A DNA stretch of 64,000 nt from Acidobacteriota bacterium (GTDB lineage: Bacteria; Acidobacteriota; UBA6911; RPQK01; JAJDTT01): assembly GCA_965217775.1 (NCBI GenBank), contig CBDCJH010000002.1, positions 1,344,001 through 1,408,000 of the forward strand. The letters run 5' to 3'. Each line of letters begins with the position of its first letter. Within the stretch, counting starts at the first letter, position 1. This document shows positions 25,875 through 35,301 of the stretch, piece after piece. Both the position numbers and the translations under genes were made by a program. A model generated the notes under the pieces. The model worked only from the letters and a program-made list of their open reading frames with translations. It was not told the origin of the DNA and did not search any database.

Positions 25875-27355
25875 TGGACCCCTCCCGAAGCTCGGTGATC
25901 CTGGTCTTCGTGGGCCTGTACATGGGAATGTGCGTCGCAGTCGGCCTGTGGGCCCTGAGCCGGACGCGCTCCACTCGGGATTTCTTCATGGCGGGGCGCG
26001 ACCTGGGCATCTGGGTCACCGGCCTGGCCGTCTTCTCCAGCACCATGAGCGGATTCGGGTTCGTGGGGGGACCCGGTCTGGTCTATCGGATGGGAATGAC
26101 GTCGGTCTGGATGGTGATGAGCATCCCCCTCGGATACGTTCTCTGTTTCGCCCTGCTGGCCAAACGGATTCGGCTGCTTGCGGAACTCAGGGAACCAGTC
26201 TCGCTGCCCGATGCGGTGGCGGCCCGGTACGGCAGCGAGGGATGCCGTTTCCTCGCCGCTCTCGCCATTCTCCTCGGTGTGATGGGGTATCTCGCAACCC
26301 AGATCCTGGCAATGGCGACGGTGCTCAGGGACCTGGTGGCGGGCGCCGGCTTGGGCGATTTCAGCATGGAGGCGTGCGTCGCCTTCTCCTGTGCGGTCCT
26401 GGTCTTCTATTGCGTGACGGGCGGCATCATCGCTTCGGTCTATACGGACCTGGTACAGGGCCTGGTCATGGTGGCCGCCGCCGTCCTCGTCTTCCTGGCC
26501 ACCGCCAACGTGGCTCCTGGAGGCTGGAGCGGGATCGTCTCGTCCATAGCGTCCGACGACGCCGGTTCCATGAGCCCGTGGGGCACAATGGGGGCGTTCC
26601 AGGGACTCTCCTGGTACCTGCTCTTCATTCTGGGGGTCTCCGGTCAACCCCACGTGGTGACCAAGATGATGATGAACCGGCGGATCGAGGACGCCAAATA
26701 CATCCTGCCCGTCTCCGCACTCGGGTACGCCGTCTCCGCGCTGCTCTGGATCAGCATCGGACTGGCCATGCGTGCTCTGGTGATCCAAGGCATTCATCCG
26801 GAACTTCCGGGAGCCGATTCCGCCGCTCCCCAATTCCTGGCTCACTACGTGCCCCCGGTTCTGGCCGGCATCGTTTTCGCGGCCCTCTTCGCGGCCATCA
26901 TGTCGACGGCGGACGGCTTCCTCAACATCGGCGCCGCAGCCGTGGTCCACGATATTCCGCGGGCGCTCCGGGGATATTCGCTGGAAAACGAGCTCTTCTG
27001 GGCCCGGACAGCCACCGTGATCATCGCCGCCGTGGCTTCTGTTTTCGCCCTCTACAGCGGCGATCTCGTGGCCATTCTCGGAGCTTTCGGCTGGGGGACC
27101 TTCGCGGCGGCGCTGGTTCCGGTTGTGGCCCTGGGATTGAACTGGAAGCGGGCGACGGCCCTGGCGGCCAAGATGGCGATTCTGGTCAGCCTGATCATCA
27201 ATTTCGCGTTTCGACTGCTCGACGTCCAAATCCCGTGGGGCATCGATCCCGGCGCGATTTCGCTGTTGGTTTCGCTCACCCTGTTCGTCGGTATTTCACT
27301 GGCTTCCCCACCGCCGGTGCTGGATCCGGACATCGAACGGTTGCTGGACACGTAG
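25871..27355 (+). CDS. Sodium:solute symporter (PutP/PanF-like)
   Basis: 'DFFMAGRDLG', 'SGFGFVGGPG', 'GGIIASVYTDLVQG', 'AAIMSTADG'. Confidence 0.92.
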   Translation: MMDPSRSSVILVFVGLYMGMCVAVGLWALSRTRSTRDFFMAGRDLGIWVTGLAVFSSTMSGFGFVGGPGLVYRMGMTSVWMVMSIPLGYVLCFALLAKRIRLLAELREPVSLPDAVAARYGSEGCRFLAALAILLGVMGYLATQILAMATVLRDLVAGAGLGDFSMEACVAFSCAVLVFYCVTGGIIASVYTDLVQGLVMVAAAVLVFLATANVAPGGWSGIVSSIASDDAGSMSPWGTMGAFQGLSWYLLFILGVSGQPHVVTKMMMNRRIEDAKYILPVSALGYAVSALLWISIGLAMRALVIQGIHPELPGADSAAPQFLAHYVPPVLAGIVFAALFAAIMSTADGFLNIGAAAVVHDIPRALRGYSLENELFWARTATVIIAAVASVFALYSGDLVAILGAFGWGTFAAALVPVVALGLNWKRATALAAKMAILVSLIINFAFRLLDVQIPWGIDPGAISLLVSLTLFVGISLASPPPVLDPDIERLLDT

Positions 27356-27456
27356 GAGGAGGAGTGAGAGAAGACGATGTGTCGACAGGAATGGAAGGGC
27401 TCGGTCGGGCTTCCGCCTTGACCGGTCGCGGGAGGGCGGCTAGGCTCCCGGGTATC

Positions 27457-29604
27457 ATGAACAGAACATTCCGAAAAACATCACTCGCTATCTTTTTCTG
27501 CCTGCTGACGGTGTCTTTGAACGGGCACGAGGGACCTCCCAACACCCTGGTTCCGTTCACAGCCCCTGACTTTATCGGGGATCCGATCATCGGCCGCCAG
27601 CTCTCCGATCTGGCCGAGTTCTCCATCCATCTCTTGCAATGGACCGAAACCGACCGGAGCGTGGCGAAGCTGCAGCGAGCCCTCAAGGGCAAGGTCGGAA
27701 GTTTCTACCGGCGCTGGAACGGCACCGCCACCGAGGCTCCGGAGTTGGAGGAGATTGTCCGGTTCACGACCGAGAGTTACGAATCCCTCACCTGTCCCCA
27801 GCTCACCAAGATCGAAATCGGTTCCGCCGTGACCCTGCTGGAGGCACCCGAGAAACTGGATCTGCTGGGATTCGGAGGAACCGAGATTCCGGTGATCGTT
27901 CGAAACAACAGCCCGAACCAGGCGTCAGTCACCATCGGTTCCGGTTCCGAAGACGTGGAAGTGGAACCCAGGATAGTCCGTCTGAGAGGCGGGGAGACCC
28001 TGGGTGTCTGGCTGATCGTCTCGCCCATCGGGCCGGAGGCCTCGGAACTGGTGCTCAGGTTGGATGCGGGTGCCGTCAGGGGACGGGTTTCGGTCCCGGC
28101 GCAGGTGAGGAATATGAGTCTGCTGCGGGTCAAGGTGGTGGATGAATCGGGTCTCGAGACGCCCGCCCGCGTCTATCTCACCGGTGCCGACGGGAAGCGC
28201 CATACACCCGACGAGATCATTCCCCGCATCACCAGCGCCGACTACGGTCAGCCCTATGGCGGCGAATACTATTTCTACACCGACGGTGGTTTCTCCTTGA
28301 GTCTGCCCCAGGGCGAGACCCAACTGGAGGTGATCAAGGGATTGGAATACGCGCCCCTCAGAAAGACCTTTCAGATGCCGGCGTCCGGTCAGACGGAGAT
28401 CGTGGCCCGTCTGGATCGGCCCTACAACATGGCGGCCAAGGGGTGGTTCTCGGGCGACACCCACATCCACCCCAACCTCTTTTCCGACACCCGGATCCAG
28501 CCTCGGGACGTGCTGCGGATCACCAAGGCCGAAGATCTGAACGTGCCCCACCTTCTGGCCTGCAACGACACCGACGGATTCATCACCGACCTGGTGTATT
28601 TCGAAGGGAAACCCAACCGTCTCTCGGAGAAGAATTACATCCTCTACTGGAACCAGGAGATGAGAAACCTGAGAGTCTACGGTCACATGGCTTTTTTGAA
28701 GCTCAAGGAATTTGTCCACCCCTCCTATGTCGGATGGCCCCGGACCGATCACCCTTACGACTATCCGCCGAATCACGATTTGGCGGCTGCCGCCAAGCAG
28801 CAGGGAGCGGCCGTCATCCAAGTGCATCCGGGGTTGCCCCAGGAATACCCGGTGGACATCGCCCTGGGAGTGGTCGACACCATCGACGTCATGTGCCAGG
28901 GGAACGAGGAGAAGAACACGGCGGATTGGTACCGGCTTCTCAACTCCGGATTCAGGTGTGGGATCTCGGCGGGGACGGACTGTTTCCTGAACGTCCCCTA
29001 CCACTTGCTGGCGGGAGCCGGCCGGGTCTACGTCAAGACCGGGACCCGGCTGACCTATGACAAGTGGATCCAGGCCTATCTCGAGGGCAGGAGCTTCGCT
29101 TCCAACGCTCCCCTCGTCGAATTCAGCGTCGACGGCAAGGGGGCGGGGGAGGAGGTCCGCTGGAGTTCCGGCCCCCGGACGGTGCGCGTCGAGGCCCAAG
29201 CGGTATCCCACGTCCCCATGCAGACCATGGAGGTGGTGGTCAACGGAAAGCCGGTCTTTACGGTGGAGGCCACCGGCGGAGGCACGCGGGCGAGCTTGTC
29301 ACATGATATCCAATTGGACGAAAGCGCCTGGATCGCCGTTCGGGTCCGGGGCGAAGCTCATCGCCTGGTGCCCAACGACACCGAACTCTACGCCCACACC
29401 AGCCCGGTCTACTGCTATCGGGACGGATCCCGCATCCATTTTCGGGAGGATGCGCTCTATTTCGTGGAGCAGATCGACCGTCTGGTGGAGCGAGTCGACC
29501 GCAACGGGGTCTTCAAGGATGCGGCCCAGAAACAGAAGGTCGTAGACCTGTTTCGCAAGGGTCAGGACGTCTACCGCAAAATCGCCCGCGAGGCGACGCG
29601 GTAA
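27457..29604 (+). CDS. CehA/McbA-like (PHP-fold) metallohydrolase, secreted
   Basis: 'GWFSGDTHIH', 'GHM', 'VHP', 'WYRLLNSGFR..SAGTD', 'GRSFASNAP', 'AHTSPVY'; signal-like N-terminus at 27457. Confidence 0.8.
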   Translation: MNRTFRKTSLAIFFCLLTVSLNGHEGPPNTLVPFTAPDFIGDPIIGRQLSDLAEFSIHLLQWTETDRSVAKLQRALKGKVGSFYRRWNGTATEAPELEEIVRFTTESYESLTCPQLTKIEIGSAVTLLEAPEKLDLLGFGGTEIPVIVRNNSPNQASVTIGSGSEDVEVEPRIVRLRGGETLGVWLIVSPIGPEASELVLRLDAGAVRGRVSVPAQVRNMSLLRVKVVDESGLETPARVYLTGADGKRHTPDEIIPRITSADYGQPYGGEYYFYTDGGFSLSLPQGETQLEVIKGLEYAPLRKTFQMPASGQTEIVARLDRPYNMAAKGWFSGDTHIHPNLFSDTRIQPRDVLRITKAEDLNVPHLLACNDTDGFITDLVYFEGKPNRLSEKNYILYWNQEMRNLRVYGHMAFLKLKEFVHPSYVGWPRTDHPYDYPPNHDLAAAAKQQGAAVIQVHPGLPQEYPVDIALGVVDTIDVMCQGNEEKNTADWYRLLNSGFRCGISAGTDCFLNVPYHLLAGAGRVYVKTGTRLTYDKWIQAYLEGRSFASNAPLVEFSVDGKGAGEEVRWSSGPRTVRVEAQAVSHVPMQTMEVVVNGKPVFTVEATGGGTRASLSHDIQLDESAWIAVRVRGEAHRLVPNDTELYAHTSPVYCYRDGSRIHFREDALYFVEQIDRLVERVDRNGVFKDAAQKQKVVDLFRKGQDVYRKIAREATR

Positions 29605-29622
29605 AGTCTCCCGTTCGAAGGC

Positions 29623-30018
29623 TCAACCCTTCTTGTCGAGGCTCCAGATTCCCGCGCCCCTGGCCGCGATGTACAGAAAGACAAAGGCGTAGATGGCGGC
29701 CAACTCGCCCTTGTTCTGGATCGGCCACAATTCGTGAGGCTGATGGGCCACGAAGTAGGCAACGGCCATCTGACCGCTGGAGATGAAGGCGGCCCAACTG
29801 GTCAGGAGTCCCACGGCGATCAGAAGACCTCCCACCAGCTCGACGATTCCGGCCAGGCCCATGAGGCTGATCAGGGGCGCCGCCGCACCCGATTCACCCC
29901 CCACGCCACCGAAGAGGCCCAAGACCTTCTGGGCTCCATGGAAGGCGAACAAAAAGCCGGAGACGATCCGCACCAGAGCATAGGTCTGATTCGAGTACTT
30001 CGACAGGATACCTTGCAT
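29623..30018 (-). CDS. DoxX family membrane protein
   Basis: 'RIVSGFLFAFHGAQK', 'ELVGGLLIAVGL', 'MAVAYFVAH', 'GAGIWSLD'. Confidence 0.88.
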   Translation of the reverse strand: MQGILSKYSNQTYALVRIVSGFLFAFHGAQKVLGLFGGVGGESGAAAPLISLMGLAGIVELVGGLLIAVGLLTSWAAFISSGQMAVAYFVAHQPHELWPIQNKGELAAIYAFVFLYIAARGAGIWSLDKKG

Positions 30019-30121
30019 AAACACCCCTTGATAAAAAGAAATTAGTGTAATCTACTACCGGATTCTCTGCCCGGCGCCAACCGAATCGAATCATACCAAA
30101 TCAAGGAAACGGGAAATGGTT

Positions 30122-30328
30122 CCTTAATCTCGAATTCTTGTACAAATTGACGAAGAAGAATCGGTAGGGGCTCCCCTTGTGGGCGCAAATAGACGAAGAA
30201 TTATACGTAGGGGCGCCCCTTGTGGGCGCCCTCTTCGGTCCAAACTGGAGCAAAACGCGGCCAATAGAAGGTCCGGCGGGTGGAAAGCCGCTCCGTCGAA
30301 GAAGTTTTGGTTCCGGCAACGCCGGGTT
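30122..30328 (+). repeat. REP-containing dispersed repeat, copy A (internal ~43-bp tandem duplication)
   Basis: CCTTAATCTCGAATTCT...GTAGGGGCGCCCCTTGTGGGCGCCCTCTTCGGTCCAAA...GGTTCCGGCAACGCCGGGTT; homologous to 38281, 45218 and 47589. Confidence 0.8.
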
Positions 30329-30445
30329 CCTCAGGACTGTATGCCGTGGCGACTTTCGCCATGGACTGTTATAGTGCGCGCCCTGTTGGACGGGCGGATG
30401 GAAGCCGCTCGTTGGGGCCCTCTGATTGACGGGGCCGGAAAGGAC

Positions 30446-31228
30446 ATGATGTTGCAGAATCGGGTCAAGAAACTTCTGGCGGAGGGCAAGGCGGCATGGG
30501 GATCGGCCCTTTCGGACGCTTCCGAATTGATGGCCAAAGCCACCCTCAAACAAGGCATCGACTTCCTCTGGATCGACACCGAGCATCGACCCTTCGGGAT
30601 CAACGAAGTCCAATTGGTGCCCATGATCTGCCGGCTCGAGGGCCGGGACGCCCTGCTGCGGGTCCCCAATCTGGATCCGGGCCTGATCAAGAAGGGCTTG
30701 GACATGGGTTGCAGTTGCATCATGGTGCCGCAGGTGGACAATGCGGAGCAGGCCCGGCTGGCCGTTGAGTATTGCAAGTATCCTCCCGAGGGGAATCGGG
30801 GGGTGGGTCCGGTCTGGCCGATGCTGTTGGATGTGAATATCAACGACTATCTGGAGTCGGCCAACCGGGAGACCTGCGTCGTGGTCCAGGTGGAGACGGC
30901 GGAGGGCCTGGCGAACCTGGAGCGGATCGCCGAAGTCGAGGGAGTCGACGTGGTGTTCGCCGGTCCCGCCGACATTTCGGCATCGTTGGGTCATCTGGGG
31001 AACATCGGTCATCCGGAGGTTCAGAAGTGCCTGGAGGGCTTTCCCGCCCGCGCAGCCGCCTGCGGCAAGCCCAGCGGGATCACATTTCCCGGTTTCGACG
31101 ACTGTTGGAGAGCCTACGAACAGGGCTACCGCTTCATCAATGCCGGCAACCTCATGCATTTCGGCCAAGTCGGCCTGGGCGAGTGCCTGAACCGACTGCG
31201 GGAACTGGAGCTCTCCGCCTCCGGCTGA
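30446..31228 (+). CDS. HpcH/HpaI aldolase family protein
   Basis: 'DFLWIDTEH', 'LLRVP', 'KYPPEGNRG', 'VQVET', 'FAGPADISASLG'. Confidence 0.9.
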   Translation: MMLQNRVKKLLAEGKAAWGSALSDASELMAKATLKQGIDFLWIDTEHRPFGINEVQLVPMICRLEGRDALLRVPNLDPGLIKKGLDMGCSCIMVPQVDNAEQARLAVEYCKYPPEGNRGVGPVWPMLLDVNINDYLESANRETCVVVQVETAEGLANLERIAEVEGVDVVFAGPADISASLGHLGNIGHPEVQKCLEGFPARAAACGKPSGITFPGFDDCWRAYEQGYRFINAGNLMHFGQVGLGECLNRLRELELSASG

Positions 31229-31249
31229 ACCCCACCATTTCGGAAACCT

Positions 31250-32335
31250 CTACCACGTCCGAGTGGTTGACGCAGGGGTGGTTTCGGGCCCGGTCTGCGG
31301 TTGAGCGCCATCAGATGCGGGCATTTTCGCAGACGCCTCGACCGTTCCTTTGGGCTGGGTTGCCAAATCGGAGAACCCCTGTTGCAACCTACGGTCCAAG
31401 ACGGGCAGGCCGATTGCCAGCACGACGCTGACCGCCAGCCCGATGGCGGCCTTCCCCACGTCCTTTCCGGCGAGCAGGATCGATTCTGAAATCGTGCGGT
31501 GTCTGAGCCGGAAGGCCAACGCCAGCTCGCGGCCCGCCAACAATCCCAGAAAGACCCAGGTCGTGCTCATGGGGATATTGGACATCTCCTTGAAATACAG
31601 GAGGATGGACGCATAGATGAAATCGATGAGGGTGGCCACGCGGATATCAGTCGTATTGGTCTTGGAGGTGACGATTCCCTGAATCCGGCCCCCCCGATTC
31701 TTGAAGATGATGGCGTGAAGGACCAGCATGACGATGGCCGCAAAAATCAGCACCCCGACGTCTGCCGTGCGCGGCAGATAGACGAAGATGTTGGCCAGAT
31801 CCTGGATCAGCCACTGGCTCCACAAAAAAGCGGTCGCGGCCCACTGCAATACGACGAAGTAGGGCCTGGGAGGACGGTCTTTCGTCGCCATGAAACGCGA
31901 TTCAAGAAGGTTGGCGACGATCAGGTAGATGACGAAACCGACTCCGATGGCGACGCCGTAGCCCAGCAGAGATTTGGTCAGGATCTTCAGCAGATTCGTG
32001 GGGGCGAACACCGTGAGCACGAGAAACGTGGTGCTGACCGGCACTCCGAATCGGGTCAGCAGCAGGATGAACAAGGGAGGAATGGCGTGCAGCCAGGTAA
32101 TGCCTCCCGCGGGCTCCGGAAACTGCTCCAGGCGCCCGTAGGCGATGTCGCCGTCGTTCGTCAGCCATCCGTACACCAGAACCGCCAGAAGTATCAGGCA
32201 GGCGTAGATCCACAACACCCACCAGGGACGGCGAGAGTTGGAGCTGAGAAACGTCCCCAGGGTCTGGATGGCGTCGTTGGCCACGATGGAATAGGCCGCC
32301 AGGATAAACCCGACGAGCATGAACATTTCCGTCAA
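31250..32335 (-). CDS. Multi-pass membrane protein, distantly PiT-transporter-like
   Basis: 'YSIVANDAIQTLGTF', 'PVSTTF', 'QDLANI', 'PMSTTW': duplicated ND/PxSTT motifs as in PiT; TTG start with AAGGAG RBS. Confidence 0.65.
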   Translation of the reverse strand: MTEMFMLVGFILAAYSIVANDAIQTLGTFLSSNSRRPWWVLWIYACLILLAVLVYGWLTNDGDIAYGRLEQFPEPAGGITWLHAIPPLFILLLTRFGVPVSTTFLVLTVFAPTNLLKILTKSLLGYGVAIGVGFVIYLIVANLLESRFMATKDRPPRPYFVVLQWAATAFLWSQWLIQDLANIFVYLPRTADVGVLIFAAIVMLVLHAIIFKNRGGRIQGIVTSKTNTTDIRVATLIDFIYASILLYFKEMSNIPMSTTWVFLGLLAGRELALAFRLRHRTISESILLAGKDVGKAAIGLAVSVVLAIGLPVLDRRLQQGFSDLATQPKGTVEASAKMPASDGAQPQTGPETTPASTTRTW

Positions 32336-32560
32336 TAGAAACGCTCCTTTCCCCGCTCCCCAGCTTCTCCTTCGAAGGCCATTATTTCGTTCATCATCGG
32401 ACCTGCCGTGCCGATAGTAGCGGAGACTCTCCCAAGAATTCACGCGGGCGCGCCCGTGGGCCCGGACTATCGATCCCGAATGAATGGACGCCAGTCGTTC
32501 GCCGGTTGAGTTTTCGCTTTTCGGTGTGTCAGTCTGAGTCTCTCATGGAGGAGACTGGAA

Positions 32561-33673
32561 GTGCCTGAAACAGTCGTACTCTGGGGGCCGCCGGACCTGG
32601 ACGGATCCCCCGAAGGGACCGAGGACAGCCGCCTCTTGTCCGCATGGATGATGAAATGCGCCGATCATGGCGTCACCAAGATCATTGACGGCAGCGCCAG
32701 GGTCCTGCCGGCAGGCGAGCGGACGTTAGCGCGCGCCCGGGCCGCGCACCAGGCGGGGATGAAATTCGACACCTATGTGGACTACAACGGCTTTCCCCGG
32801 CACGGCAGCGCGCGGATGACGTACGGGTGGTCCCTCGACTTTCTGCGGCCTCCCGTGACTTCGGCTCAGGCTCGAGAGATTCTCGACCGGCACCGGCCCA
32901 TCTATCACGGTCCCTATGTCACCACCGAGATGTCCGATTTCGCAGTTCGACATCCCGAATACCGGAGTCTGACCCGCAGCCGTTCCTATGTGCTGGAGCC
33001 GGGACAGGATCTCTACCTGAGCGCCTCGTTTCCCGAGGTGCGGGATCACCAGGCCCATCTGTTCGTCGGTGCCCTGGAGGTGACCCGCGCCGACGGGCTT
33101 CAGGTCGAGTTCGTGTTGGGGAATGAAGACGAAAACGGGGTCGTGCCCTACGGCTACGAGGACCGCACCGTATCCGAGTTTCGCGCCAAAGTCGGCAAGG
33201 ATCCGTTCGACCTGCCCAACAACGACCCGGATTGGATGCAGTTCCGCGCCGACTATGTCACCTTGTTCCTCTCGGAAGTCCGGGCGAAGATCAAACGGTC
33301 TTCACCCCAGGCGGTTTTTTCGACCACCATCATCGCGGGGGACCCGGAGGACTACATCAAGGTGTTGCAGGACTGGCCGGCGTGGATCGAGAAGGGTCTG
33401 CTGGATGAATTCTACCTCTGGTTCAGGACCGACTCGGATCTGAAGGCGGTCCAGCGGCAGGTCCGGCACGCCGTGGACGTGGCCGCCGGCCGCGTACCCG
33501 TGATCGTCGAGCTCTCCTGCTATCACCCGGGAAGCTTTCAGGATCCGGACTCCATGTTGACTGCCGGCAAGATCGCGGTCGACAACGGAGCCGCGGGGAT
33601 CGGCATCTACCGGAGCCATGCCGTCCAGCAACTGAACTTCTGGCCGGTTCTGGAAGCCCTGAGCAAGATCTGA
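32561..33673 (+). CDS. GHL10-like glycoside hydrolase (TIM barrel)
   Basis: 'HPEY', 'PEVRDH...ADGLQVEF', 'DWMQFRADYVT', 'QDWPAWIEKGLLD'; GGAGGAG RBS. Confidence 0.7.
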   Translation: MPETVVLWGPPDLDGSPEGTEDSRLLSAWMMKCADHGVTKIIDGSARVLPAGERTLARARAAHQAGMKFDTYVDYNGFPRHGSARMTYGWSLDFLRPPVTSAQAREILDRHRPIYHGPYVTTEMSDFAVRHPEYRSLTRSRSYVLEPGQDLYLSASFPEVRDHQAHLFVGALEVTRADGLQVEFVLGNEDENGVVPYGYEDRTVSEFRAKVGKDPFDLPNNDPDWMQFRADYVTLFLSEVRAKIKRSSPQAVFSTTIIAGDPEDYIKVLQDWPAWIEKGLLDEFYLWFRTDSDLKAVQRQVRHAVDVAAGRVPVIVELSCYHPGSFQDPDSMLTAGKIAVDNGAAGIGIYRSHAVQQLNFWPVLEALSKI

Positions 33674-33767
33674 AATGGGGGGACGTCGACCGGGCCCGCG
33701 GCAATTCAGGCGCACGGCGGGTCCGGAACTGTTCCTCCGGAGTCCCTTTGCGCGGTTCGGCGTCCGG

Positions 33768-35285
33768 GTGAAGACAGGCCGCCTCTTCGGTCCCCTGGTA
33801 TCTCTTTTCCTGGTTTTTGTTTCTCTCCTCGGGGCAGGGAACCATCCCGTCGAGCTGGGCACCCGGCGCGAATTGATGCTGGACGACACCCTGTTCGAGA
33901 CGATTCGAGACCTGGAGTTCCGTCAGCACTCCCCTCGTGACGCCGAAAAGATCCTGGATCTGGATGCTCCATGGGAGGGCCGGAAATACCATGGCTTCAC
34001 CGTCTGCGGTTACCCGGTGGTGTTGGAGGACGGGGGCGGATTTCGCCTCTATTACGCCTCCTATCTGGGACTGCGTTTCGAACCCAGGGACCCCGAGATT
34101 CAGTTCACCTGCTACGCGGAAAGCAGTGACGGGGTGACCTGGAACCGAGTCCGGCTGGGCCGGGTTGAATTCGAGGGATCGACCGACAACAACATACTGC
34201 TCAAGGGAAGGGCTTCCCACAACTTCGCTCCTTTCATCGATACGCGCCCCGGAACCCCGCCCTCGGAACGATATAAGGCCGTCGGGGGAAACCCGGAGGC
34301 CTATGTCTTCGCCTCCGCCGACGGACTCGAATGGCGCAGGCTCAAGGAGGAGCCCATCCTGGACGGCGAGGAGCCGGCCTTCGACCGCTACGGGGCGATT
34401 CGTTGGGGAATGGATCCAAGCCGCAGAAGGGCGATCCTGGATTCTCTCAACGTCAGCTTCTGGGATCCGGCGAACCGCCGGTATGTCCTGTTCTTTCGGG
34501 CCTATCTGCCCTGTTTGTCCCGGGATGGAAGGCGCCGGCTTCCCGAGACCCGATCGGTGATGCGCGCCACTTCACGGGACTTCCTGAATTGGGAGAACAT
34601 CGAGCCGATCGAGTATGGGGAACCGCGCCGGGAATGGCGGCACTCCCTCTACACCAGCGGGCTGAAACCCTACCATCGGGCGCCCCACCTGATACTCGGG
34701 TTCCCCCTGCGTACGGCTCCCCGCAAGCCCTTCCACGGCACCTCCTACGGTCTGAGCGAGACAGCCTTCATGTACAGCCGGGACACGCGAAACTTCGTCC
34801 TGGTGGACGAGCCTTTCCTGCGCCCGGGGCGCGACCCCGGGAACTGGAGCAAACACGGAAACCTCATGGCCTGGGGCATGCTGCAGACGGCGCCCGACGA
34901 ACTCTCCTTCTACTACCTGCAGCACGACCATCAGCCGGACACCTTCATTCGGCGGGGTGTGCTTCGCGTCGACGGCTTCCGGTCCCTTCACGGCGGCGGT
35001 TACCCGGGAGGGACGGCGATCACTCGTCCTCTCGTCTTCCAGGGAACCCGGCTGGAGATCAATGCCGCCACCGGAGCCGGAGGCGGCATCCGGATCGCCA
35101 TTCTGGATGCGGCCACGAAGCGGCCGGTTCCAGGGTACGAGTCCAGCAAGGAGTTCTATGGCGACGAGATTCAGCACTTCGTCGAATTCGGTGAAGGCGG
35201 GAATCTGGCGCCCCTGTCAGGAAAACCGATCCGGCTCCGTTTCGAGATGTACGAAGCGGATCTTTACTCCTTGAAGTTTCATTGA
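33768..35285 (+). CDS. Secreted beta-propeller glycoside-hydrolase-like protein (GH32/43-like)
   Basis: 'CYAESSDGVTW', 'ASADGLEW', 'ATSRDFLNW' repeats, 'LRVDGF', 'ADLYSLKF'; start approximate. Confidence 0.7.
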   Translation: MKTGRLFGPLVSLFLVFVSLLGAGNHPVELGTRRELMLDDTLFETIRDLEFRQHSPRDAEKILDLDAPWEGRKYHGFTVCGYPVVLEDGGGFRLYYASYLGLRFEPRDPEIQFTCYAESSDGVTWNRVRLGRVEFEGSTDNNILLKGRASHNFAPFIDTRPGTPPSERYKAVGGNPEAYVFASADGLEWRRLKEEPILDGEEPAFDRYGAIRWGMDPSRRRAILDSLNVSFWDPANRRYVLFFRAYLPCLSRDGRRRLPETRSVMRATSRDFLNWENIEPIEYGEPRREWRHSLYTSGLKPYHRAPHLILGFPLRTAPRKPFHGTSYGLSETAFMYSRDTRNFVLVDEPFLRPGRDPGNWSKHGNLMAWGMLQTAPDELSFYYLQHDHQPDTFIRRGVLRVDGFRSLHGGGYPGGTAITRPLVFQGTRLEINAATGAGGGIRIAILDAATKRPVPGYESSKEFYGDEIQHFVEFGEGGNLAPLSGKPIRLRFEMYEADLYSLKFH

Positions 35286-35301
35286 GTCGCAGAGTTCCGG
35301 C

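Noticed and set aside
25813-27456. 1263-aa ORF suggesting a giant fusion protein
   Set aside because: The first ~548 aa are an off-frame shadow of the Na+/solute symporter; the real hydrolase starts near 27457.
30143-30228. Repeat-spacer-repeat look, possible mini-CRISPR
   Set aside because: Only two units with no unique spacer; it is a tandem duplication in a dispersed repeat, and no cas genes are present.
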